The notes under the pieces were generated by a model. It saw only the letters and a program-made list of their open reading frames with translations. It made no database searches and was not told the origin of the DNA. This document shows positions 56,379 through 64,000 of a stretch of DNA of 64,000 nt, piece by piece. This DNA comes from Bacteroidota bacterium (GTDB lineage Bacteria > Bacteroidota > Bacteroidia > UKL13-3), in assembly GCA_027482225.1 (NCBI GenBank), contig JAIXWD010000016.1, positions 142,050 through 206,049 on the forward strand. Reading direction: 5' to 3'. The stretch's first letter is position 1. Each line of letters begins with the position of its first letter. A program made the position numbers and the translations under genes.

Positions 56379-57002
56379 TTAATTTATAATGCCTAACCAA
56401 TTAATTTTGTTGCTGCGTGAAATCCCGGCCGGATTAATTCCTGGTTTACCTTCAGGTATTTCAATGTTTAACTTTTTATAATAATCAACCCATGCCTTAA
56501 AGTAATCATTGCTATTAGGTGTTTTAAAGGTCATAGGTTCTAATTCAAAAAACGGGTTGTTTTGGTTTGATGATTTAAATGCATCATAAATCAACTCGCT
56601 GCAATAGTACTTTTGATTTTTGTATAAAAATGGCTCATCATAGGGTACACCAATTTGTTTGATGGCAAATGAAAGAGCACTGTCAATTAAAGATGAATAA
56701 TTTGCTTTAACACGTCCTAAGTATAGTGAGTTTTGTGTACGATTTTTAAATTCCTGGTAAGGCGTTAACTTAACCGATTTCCCAATAGCCTCAATTACAT
56801 AAACACTATCTTGTTTAATGTAAATTAAACCAATGTGTGAAAATTTTAAACTGTCTCTTCCAAAAGTAACTTGCTCTATGGCATCGCATAAAGGGCCACA
56901 ATCTAAATTTTGAAACAATAAATCACCTTGCTTAAAAGATTGTTGTGCCCAAGTTATTTTTACAACAGCAATTAATAAAATCAAATAAATAAATCGTTTC
57001 AT
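56379..57002 (-). CDS. YiiX/YaeF-family permuted papain-like (C92) protein, secreted
   Basis: It has a signal peptide and carries QGDLLFQ, SHIGLIYIKQDSVYVIEA and CSELIYDAF, which are characteristic of the family. Confidence 0.55.
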   Translation of the reverse strand: MKRFIYLILLIAVVKITWAQQSFKQGDLLFQNLDCGPLCDAIEQVTFGRDSLKFSHIGLIYIKQDSVYVIEAIGKSVKLTPYQEFKNRTQNSLYLGRVKANYSSLIDSALSFAIKQIGVPYDEPFLYKNQKYYCSELIYDAFKSSNQNNPFFELEPMTFKTPNSNDYFKAWVDYYKKLNIEIPEGKPGINPAGISRSNKINWLGIIN

Positions 57003-57018
57003 TTTAATTGAGTTTAAT

Positions 57019-57894
57019 TTACATATCGTTTACAAAGCGCTGTTTTATTAGCGGGTAAGTAAATACACTAATTAAAATAATTACAGCTCCAACATAAAAC
57101 CCACTACTCATGTATTCGGTGTCGCCAAATAACAATAGTGAAAAAACGATGCCGTAAACAGGTTCTAGGTTATTGGTTATAATTACGGTAAGCGGACTAA
57201 AATGTTTTAATATTTCAATACTCCAAGTAAATGCAATTATTGTACATAGCACACTTAAAATAATTAACCCAAAACCATCACTAATTCCAATAGATGGCAG
57301 CTCAAATCCTTTTTCATCAAAACCTAATTTGGCTATTGTGATGAATATAAGAGCGCCTATAAACTCGTAAAAAGTAATTTTATACGCACCATGTGTAGCT
57401 ATTAGTTTACCATTGTAAACTCCAAAAAAAGCTCCTGTTAATGCGGCTAATATTCCATAAATTATTCCTGCTAATTGGTCGGTTTCAAACTTGAAAATAA
57501 TACCTAATCCAATTACCAAAATTATACCATAAATAAAATCGCCCCAAAAGAATTTCTTTTTAAGTAGGAGTGGTTGCAAAAGGCTAGCAAATAAGGTTAA
57601 TGTGCTAAATCCGGCCATGGTAACGCTTACATTACTTACTTTAATAGCATGATAAAAAAAGTACCAATGTAAACCTACTGTTGTTCCTATTAAACCTATA
57701 TGTATTATGGATTTAATTTCCATAGTTATAGGTTGTTTTATGTACCACATAAAAAGTAATAAACCTAAAAGAGAAATGGCCAATCTGTACCAAACCAAAT
57801 CTAAAGCCCCAAAAGAAATAAACTTCCCTAATACAGGTGTTAACCCCCAAAATAAGATAATGATGTGAAGTTGAATAAACTTGTTTGCCTTCAT
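57019..57894 (-). CDS. EamA/DMT-family transporter
   Basis: It has ten predicted transmembrane helices and a duplicated EamA pattern. Confidence 0.65.
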   Translation of the reverse strand: MKANKFIQLHIIILFWGLTPVLGKFISFGALDLVWYRLAISLLGLLLFMWYIKQPITMEIKSIIHIGLIGTTVGLHWYFFYHAIKVSNVSVTMAGFSTLTLFASLLQPLLLKKKFFWGDFIYGIILVIGLGIIFKFETDQLAGIIYGILAALTGAFFGVYNGKLIATHGAYKITFYEFIGALIFITIAKLGFDEKGFELPSIGISDGFGLIILSVLCTIIAFTWSIEILKHFSPLTVIITNNLEPVYGIVFSLLLFGDTEYMSSGFYVGAVIILISVFTYPLIKQRFVNDM

Positions 57895-57897
57895 AAG

Positions 57898-59001
57898 TTA
57901 TTTCGGAGCCGATTTAGTCATTAATAGTGCAATAATCATAAATAGCACATTCGGTATCCAAACGGCAATCAAAGGAAGTAATACATTGGTGGCACCTATT
58001 GTATTAAATACTTGTATAATCAATAAAAATGCTGCTGTCAGAAATATACCTACACTCAAATGTAATCCAGTGCCTCCTCTACTTTTTCGTGAGGAAATGG
58101 CAACAGCCAAAAGGGTTAGTATAAAAAAAGAAAATGGACTTGCAATTCGCTTATACAATTCAACATAATATTTGCTAATGCTTGCCGAACCTTTTTCTTT
58201 TTCTCGTTTAATGTATTCGTTTAGCTCTGGATTTGTCATGGATGAAACAAACTTTGATTTTACAACAAACTCATCAGGGCTTATTCTAAGCGTGGTATCA
58301 AGTATATTTCCTTTTTCTATTATTTCTATTCCGTTTTTAAATAGTCTTCGTTGATAATATTCGAGCCGCCAATTTTGTGTTTCTCTGTTCCATAATAACC
58401 TATTAGCAAATACCCTTTGGCTTACTTTATAGTTGTCAAATCGTTCTATCGAAATATTATAACCAGTGCTATCCAAATAATTGAACGATTCCATGTGAAG
58501 TATTGTGCCTGGTTCTATCACACAACTAATATTATTGCTTTGTGTGGTCTTTTTTTCATTAATCCATGCTTCTTCAAATGAATAGCGTTTCTTATCACAA
58601 TACGGAATTACCAGAGTATTTAAATACAAGAATACCGTTGCTAAAATTGTAGCTGCTACCAAATACGGACGTAAAAATCTTTTATAACTTATTCCACTAT
58701 TTAGTATTGCTATAATTTCGCTGTTTTGAGCCAATTTACTGTTAAAAAACATTGCACTTAGAAACACAAAAATTGGGCTAAACATGCCAAAGAAATAGGG
58801 TAAAAAGTAGATATAGTAATCAAATACAACTACAAAAAATGGTGGCTTACGTTTTAGGAAATCATCAATTTTTTCGCTGATATCGATAAAAATTGCAATA
58901 AGTGAAAACAATCCCAATGTAAATACAAAGGTTAATAGAAATTTTTTTATGATGTATCGGTCTAGTGTTTTCATTTGTTTGTTGCTTGGTTTGGCAACCA
59001 T
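57898..59001 (-). CDS. LptF/LptG-family permease (YjgP/YjgQ)
   Basis: It has an MKTLDRYIIKKFL N-terminus and a periplasmic insert domain between transmembrane helices. Confidence 0.75.
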   Translation of the reverse strand: MVAKPSNKQMKTLDRYIIKKFLLTFVFTLGLFSLIAIFIDISEKIDDFLKRKPPFFVVVFDYYIYFLPYFFGMFSPIFVFLSAMFFNSKLAQNSEIIAILNSGISYKRFLRPYLVAATILATVFLYLNTLVIPYCDKKRYSFEEAWINEKKTTQSNNISCVIEPGTILHMESFNYLDSTGYNISIERFDNYKVSQRVFANRLLWNRETQNWRLEYYQRRLFKNGIEIIEKGNILDTTLRISPDEFVVKSKFVSSMTNPELNEYIKREKEKGSASISKYYVELYKRIASPFSFFILTLLAVAISSRKSRGGTGLHLSVGIFLTAAFLLIIQVFNTIGATNVLLPLIAVWIPNVLFMIIALLMTKSAPK

Positions 59002-59053
59002 GCAATAATAGTGTGCAAATTTATTTTTTATTAAATTTGTTCATTGTTTGAAT

Positions 59054-60172
59054 TTACAACCTTGTGGTAATTTGTTTTAGTATTTGTGTTTTCCATGTAG
59101 CAAAATCTCCTTCAATAATGTGCTTTCTTGCTTCTTTTACCAACCACAAATAAAACATCAAGTTTTGTTTACTTGCAATTTGTGCTCCAAGATTTTCTCC
59201 TGTATGAATTAAATGTCTTAAATAAGCTTTGCTGTATTCGGGTGTAAAAGGTTTGTCTAATGGACTGTAATCAAATTGCCACTTTTTATTTTTGATGTTT
59301 ATTATACCTTGACTAGTAAAAATAAAACCATGTCGCGCATTGCGAGTTGGCATTACACAATCAAACATATCAATACCCAATGCAATACATTCTAATATGT
59401 TTTGAGGTGTGCCTACACCCATTAAATAACGAGGTTTATCTTTAGGTAAAATACCACAAACCAGTTCAGTCATTTCATACATATCTTCTGCTGGTTCACC
59501 AACGCTTAAACCTCCAATAGCATTTCCTTCACGATTTTGTTCAGCAATAAACTCTGCAGATTGTTTGCGTAAATCTTTGTAAACACTTCCTTGTACAATA
59601 GGGAATAAATTTTGTTCAACACCATACAATGGTTCTGTTTTATCAAATTGTTCAATACATCTTTTTAACCAACGATGGGTCATGTGCATAGAACGTTTTG
59701 CATAGTCATATTCGCAAGGGTAAGGGGTACACTCATCAAATGCCATAACAATATCAGCGCCAATTGTTCTTTGTATATCCATCACATTTTCGGGCGTAAA
59801 TTGATGCTTACTTCCATCTAAATGCGATTTAAACTCAACACCTTGTTCGCTAATCTTTCTGATATCATTTAAAGAGAAAACTTGAAAGCCTCCACTATCA
59901 GTAAGCATGGGTCTATCCCAATTCATAAACTGATGAATACCGCCAGCTTTATTAATAACCTCGAGACCCGGACGTAAATACACATGGTACGTATTTGCCA
60001 AAATAATTTGGGCATTTACGTCTGTTTTTAGTTGTTGCTGATTTACATTTTTAACCGTGGCTTGCGTGCCTACAGGCATAAAAATAGGCGTTTCTATTGG
60101 TCCACGACCTGTTTGCAAAACACCTGCACGAGCATGGGTGTGGGTATCTGTTTTTAATAAATTAAAATTCAT
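59054..60172 (-). CDS. tgt: Queuine tRNA-ribosyltransferase
   Basis: It has a strong Tgt pattern (TPIFMPVGTQATVK, DSGGFQ, zinc-binding C-terminus). Confidence 0.85.
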   Translation of the reverse strand: MNFNLLKTDTHTHARAGVLQTGRGPIETPIFMPVGTQATVKNVNQQQLKTDVNAQIILANTYHVYLRPGLEVINKAGGIHQFMNWDRPMLTDSGGFQVFSLNDIRKISEQGVEFKSHLDGSKHQFTPENVMDIQRTIGADIVMAFDECTPYPCEYDYAKRSMHMTHRWLKRCIEQFDKTEPLYGVEQNLFPIVQGSVYKDLRKQSAEFIAEQNREGNAIGGLSVGEPAEDMYEMTELVCGILPKDKPRYLMGVGTPQNILECIALGIDMFDCVMPTRNARHGFIFTSQGIINIKNKKWQFDYSPLDKPFTPEYSKAYLRHLIHTGENLGAQIASKQNLMFYLWLVKEARKHIIEGDFATWKTQILKQITTRL

Positions 60173-60197
60173 TATTTAGCGTGCGTAGGTAAATAGC

Positions 60198-60896
60198 TTA
60201 TCCTTCAAAGTGTAAAGAAAATTGAATTAATTGAGGAACCAATCGGTCGATAGATTCGGTATAAATATAACCATCATGGTAAAGACTATTGCCAATGGTG
60301 TTGTAAAACTTAATTTCTGGAGAGAATTTAAAATATTCGAAATACATATCCAAACCAAAACCAACTTCGTAACCAAAAGTAATTGGAACAAGTGAAACAA
60401 CGGGTTTATTTATACTTCTGTCTTGTTTTACTGTTGATGCTAAATCATAACTGGCCCTCATGCCTCCAATAACATATACACGAACATTTTTTCTTCGGTC
60501 TGATTTAAATTTAATCAGCATGTCAGCATCACAATAAGCGGATTCTATCTGGGTCGTTTTTTTGCTGTTTTCAAACTCGTAATTGATGTTTCGTTGTACA
60601 AAAGAAATTACAGGAAACAATAAACGTAAATCCCAGTTTTGTCCCAAATGTAAGTTAGTAATTGCTCCTAAACCTATACCTGGGAAAGTAACCGAATTAA
60701 TACTTTTAACCGTATCAAACGGTGCACGGTCTGCGCGTCTGTCAATTCGCACACGACCAGTATTGGTTCCTATAGTAAAACCAAAGTGTATTCGTTTATT
60801 ATCGTATTGCTCCATATTGGCTTGGGCAAACAAATTGAAACTACATAACAATATTGTTAGTGTTGTTATTATTTTATGGCTGTGTAAAGCGTACAA
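60198..60896 (-). CDS. Outer-membrane beta-barrel protein (PorT-like size and pattern)
   Basis: It has a signal peptide and ~230 aa of alternating beta-strands ending in an aromatic residue. Assignment to a family is tentative. Confidence 0.4.
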   Translation of the reverse strand: MYALHSHKIITTLTILLCSFNLFAQANMEQYDNKRIHFGFTIGTNTGRVRIDRRADRAPFDTVKSINSVTFPGIGLGAITNLHLGQNWDLRLLFPVISFVQRNINYEFENSKKTTQIESAYCDADMLIKFKSDRRKNVRVYVIGGMRASYDLASTVKQDRSINKPVVSLVPITFGYEVGFGLDMYFEYFKFSPEIKFYNTIGNSLYHDGYIYTESIDRLVPQLIQFSLHFEG

Positions 60897-61594
60897 ATTC
60901 CAAATGTTAAAGGTTCTATTTCTATTTTCTTGTATCCAGCATTTTTTAAGTATGCTGCAAAATTTTCTCCCTCAGGAAAATGTTCTACAGATTCTGGTAA
61001 GTAGGTGTAGGCTGTTTTACTTTTACTAATTAAACCACCCCAACTTGGTAAAATATATTTAAAGTAAAAGTTATATAGCTGTTTAAACGGAAACGATTTT
61101 GGTTTGCTGAATTCTAATACAGCCAATTTACCTCCATTACGTGTTACACGATACATTTGGTTGATACCTTGTTGTAAAAATTCGAAGTTACGTACGCCAA
61201 ATGCAACGGTAATGGCATCAAATTTATTGTCTTCAAAAGGCAAATTTGCTGAGTCAGCTTGTTGAAGTGTGATTTTACTATTAAGCGCTTTATTGCTAAT
61301 TTTATTACGCCCTACTTCCAACATTTGGTTGCTAATATCAATTCCGGTTACGTAATCCGGATTAAGCTTTAAGGCAGCAATAGCTAGATCTGCAGTGCCA
61401 GTTGCAACATCTAGGATTTGCTTAGGGTTAATCTCTTTCAATGAGTTAATCGCTCTTTTGCGCCATATTTGGTCTATTCCTATCGATAAGAAACGATTTA
61501 GAAAATCGTATTTAGGAGCGATACTATCAAACATCTGCTCAACTTGCTCACGTTTACTGCTTTGTGTGTCTTTGTATGGTTTAACTTCTATCAA
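60869..61594 (-). CDS. ubiE: Demethylmenaquinone / ubiquinone C-methyltransferase
   Basis: It carries FDSIAPKYDFLNRFLS and LDVATGTADLAI SAM-binding motifs. Confidence 0.8.
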   Translation of the reverse strand: MIEVKPYKDTQSSKREQVEQMFDSIAPKYDFLNRFLSIGIDQIWRKRAINSLKEINPKQILDVATGTADLAIAALKLNPDYVTGIDISNQMLEVGRNKISNKALNSKITLQQADSANLPFEDNKFDAITVAFGVRNFEFLQQGINQMYRVTRNGGKLAVLEFSKPKSFPFKQLYNFYFKYILPSWGGLISKSKTAYTYLPESVEHFPEGENFAAYLKNAGYKKIEIEPLTFGICTLYTAIK

Positions 61595-61661
61595 AATCGT
61601 AAAAAATTATTTGCAAAAATAAGGTATTCCATTTAGGTTGTTAGCTTTGTAAGATTATTAC

Positions 61662-62270
61662 ATGGAAATTAAACAAGTAAAGTTCGTAAAAAGTTCGGCA
61701 GATTTATCAGGCTGCCCCGAGGGGCCATTCCCTGAATTTGTATTCACAGGAAGAAGTAATGTTGGTAAATCATCTCTTATTAATATGATTGTGAATAGGA
61801 ATGAAATGGCCCGCACTTCCTCTAATCCCGGGAAAACCATTACAATAAATCATTATTTGATAGAAGATAAATGGTATTTAGTTGATTTGCCTGGTTATGG
61901 TTATGCCCGCAGAAGTAAAACCTTGCGTTCTAAATGGGAGGATTCTATGGAAGATTATATCAAAAATAGAGAGCAATTACAATTGGTTTTTATCTTAGTT
62001 GATAGCCGTATTGATCCTCAAAATAAAGACTTAGATTTTATTAATAGTGTTGCTGATTGGGGTATACCATTAGCTATTATTTTTACCAAAACAGACAAGA
62101 ATAAACAGTCAGATACAGTAAAAAACATCAATAAATTTAAAACAGAGTTGTTAAAAAGTTGGGAAGAATTGCCCTTGATGTTTGAAACGTCATCGCTAAA
62201 AAAGCGTGGTAGAGAGGAAATTTTGAATTTTATTAGTGAATGTACTAAAAACTATTACTCTTTAAGGTAA
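61662..62270 (+). CDS. engB: Ribosome biogenesis GTP-binding protein EngB/YsxC
   Basis: It carries GRSNVGKSSLIN and DLPGYGYA motifs. Confidence 0.85.
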   Translation: MEIKQVKFVKSSADLSGCPEGPFPEFVFTGRSNVGKSSLINMIVNRNEMARTSSNPGKTITINHYLIEDKWYLVDLPGYGYARRSKTLRSKWEDSMEDYIKNREQLQLVFILVDSRIDPQNKDLDFINSVADWGIPLAIIFTKTDKNKQSDTVKNINKFKTELLKSWEELPLMFETSSLKKRGREEILNFISECTKNYYSLR

Positions 62271-62273
62271 TTG

Positions 62274-63449
62274 TTAGTCAAAAAACAAATCACTTGCTAT
62301 ACCATCTGCTAAAATAAAGGCCTTTGGAGTAAGTTTAAAACTTATCCCATTATCTATTATTTTTTGGTTAATGATGTAAGGCTCTATTTTTTGTTTCAAA
62401 ATTTTAGCTAATTGAATACCGAATCTTGTATTTATTACCTGCCAATTGCACCCCCAAATGGTTCTTAGGCCTGTCATGATATACTCGTTAATGCTATTCT
62501 CTAAGGTTAGGTTTTCAATTTCTAATGATAATTTACCCGAAACTAATTGTTTCATGTAAAGTTGGTTATTAGCTATGTTCCAACTTCTTTGTTTCCCATT
62601 AAAACTATGTGCTGATGGCCCAACACCCAAGTATGGTTCGTTTTGCCAGTAGCTTGTATTATGAACCGCGTATTCATGGTTACGTGCAAAATTACTTATC
62701 TCATATTGTTCAAATCCATATTCACCAAGCTGATTAACGAGTATTTTAAATTGCTTTGCGGCTTTTTCTTCATCAAGTGCGGGTAATTTCCCTTTGAATA
62801 TTTGACTTTGCAAAGCAGTTTGAGGCTCAACAGTTAAACAATAAGCTGATACATGGTTCAATCCAAGTTCGTTTACTTTTGCTAGGTTTTTTATCCAGTT
62901 TTGATTCAATAGGGTAGGGCCTCCATAAATCAAATCGATACTAATTTTATTAAAGCCAAAATCTTGAACTAGCTTAATACTGTCTTCTGCTTCATGTGCC
63001 TTATGCGCTCTATTCATCCAAATTAAATCGTCATCAAAAAAACTTTGAACGCCCATACTAAACCTGTTTACAGGCGTTTTTTTTATGGCATGTAATTTTA
63101 CAGTTGTAATATCGTCTGGGTTTGCCTCAATAGTTATTTCAGCGTTTTTTTCTATTTCAAAGTTGTTATTAATGCTTTCAAACAAATCGTTTAATAATGA
63201 TTCACTCAAAATACTTGGGGTGCCGCCACCTATATAAATGCTATTAAGTGGTTTGTTTGGTAACTCATGTTTACGTATTACTATCTCCAATGAGATGGCT
63301 TTAACCATATCAGCTGCATAATGAACTTGTGTACTGAAATGAAAGTTGCAGTAGTTACAAGCTTGTTTGCAAAATGGGATATGAATATACAGTGATGCCA
63401 ATGTTTTGTGTAATTCCAGAGATAAATCGTTTAATTTGAAACGTGCCAC
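62274..63449 (-). CDS. hemW: Radical SAM haem chaperone HemW (HemN-like)
   Basis: It carries LYIHIPFCKQACNYCNF plus a HemN C-terminal domain. Confidence 0.8.
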   Translation of the reverse strand: MARFKLNDLSLELHKTLASLYIHIPFCKQACNYCNFHFSTQVHYAADMVKAISLEIVIRKHELPNKPLNSIYIGGGTPSILSESLLNDLFESINNNFEIEKNAEITIEANPDDITTVKLHAIKKTPVNRFSMGVQSFFDDDLIWMNRAHKAHEAEDSIKLVQDFGFNKISIDLIYGGPTLLNQNWIKNLAKVNELGLNHVSAYCLTVEPQTALQSQIFKGKLPALDEEKAAKQFKILVNQLGEYGFEQYEISNFARNHEYAVHNTSYWQNEPYLGVGPSAHSFNGKQRSWNIANNQLYMKQLVSGKLSLEIENLTLENSINEYIMTGLRTIWGCNWQVINTRFGIQLAKILKQKIEPYIINQKIIDNGISFKLTPKAFILADGIASDLFFD

Positions 63450-63514
63450 AAAGGTATTTTAAAATAATTGTATTGTTGGTTGTGCTGCAAATAAAAACAG
63501 CATACCCACAAGCT

Positions 63515-64000
63515 ATGTTCAAAATTAAGTGGATATCCGATAGCGCTTCTACTAATGCTGTAAAACTAATATTGTTAGATGATCAAACTTTTATTGATTC
63601 AACCAAGTGCATACAAAAAATTAGTCAAGTTATAAATAAGCTTGCCGAGCAATCTTATCTTACTGCGGGTGTATCAAATATTCGTTTCAACGATTCACTT
63701 TGTTTGGTTACAATAAACCCAGGTAATAGTTACAAGTGGATTAAGTTGTCGGGTGGCAATATTCCTGAAGACATATTTACGGCAAGTGGTTGGCGGCAAA
63801 ATTTATTTTATAATCAGATTTTTAATTATCAAATTTACGTTCAAAAAATAACACAAATAATTAGCTATCTTGAGCAAAACGGATACCCATTTGCGCAAAT
63901 TAAATTTGATAGTGTAGAAGTGCTTAGCGATGGAATATCTGCAGTGTTAAATTTAGATAAAGGCGATTTAGTAAAGTTTGATACCATTGAAATTATTGGT
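63515..64000 (+). CDS. 3'-truncated outer-membrane protein with an N-terminal POTRA-like region
   Basis: An ATG at 63515 opens a reading frame that runs to the window edge. The sequence is signal-like and beta-rich, and the family assignment is tentative. Confidence 0.35.
   Translation, partial: MFKIKWISDSASTNAVKLILLDDQTFIDSTKCIQKISQVINKLAEQSYLTAGVSNIRFNDSLCLVTINPGNSYKWIKLSGGNIPEDIFTASGWRQNLFYNQIFNYQIYVQKITQIISYLEQNGYPFAQIKFDSVEVLSDGISAVLNLDKGDLVKFDTIEIIG

Noticed and set aside
1-64000. CRISPR arrays, tRNA or rRNA genes, transposases, integrases and phage genes
   Set aside because: I scanned for regularly spaced direct repeats, tRNA T-arm and acceptor-like motifs, and IS-like terminal repeats or DDE or Tyr-recombinase ORFs. 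None were found. The window appears free of mobile elements and RNA genes.

Overview
The window looks like a chromosomal segment from a Bacteroidota genome, probably Sphingobacteriia- or Chitinophagia-like, at roughly 35-40% GC. The basis for this is five proteins carrying type-A type IX secretion system (T9SS) C-terminal sorting domains (CTDs), a split transketolase, a Bacteroidota-style LptD, and TlpA-type periplasmic redoxins. Most of the window is housekeeping: recO, split tkt, msrB, rnz, sucB-like E2, rlmB, pdxJ, mfd, tgt, lptF/G, ubiE, engB and hemW. The exception is a ~18 kb compositionally distinct locus at ~2.3-20.8 kb, centred on a 13.6 kb gene (4037-17662) that encodes a 4541-aa T9SS cargo protein. 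That protein contains seven tandem beta-solenoid-like supermodules, four or five LamG-like jellyroll domains (one split by a nested CBM-like insertion) and unique C-terminal domains. Upstream of it lies an AT-rich gene for an atypical LuxR-type response regulator whose phospho-acceptor Asp is replaced by Glu. Downstream, apparently co-transcribed, are a tail-anchored acidic protein, an outer-membrane beta-barrel protein fused to a SPOR domain, and a sensorless minimal histidine kinase. I consider this locus the best candidate in the window for an undescribed surface or secretion-regulatory system. Other points of note: an in-frame TAG at codon 6 of a Crp/Fnr gene; an A18 homopolymer inside another T9SS cargo gene, a phase-variation candidate; a vWA gene inserted between the two transketolase halves; a T9SS-secreted endonuclease I; a T9SS M6 metalloprotease; and a genuine TlpA followed by a Cys-less paralogue. 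I saw no CRISPR arrays, tRNA or rRNA genes, transposases or integrases.
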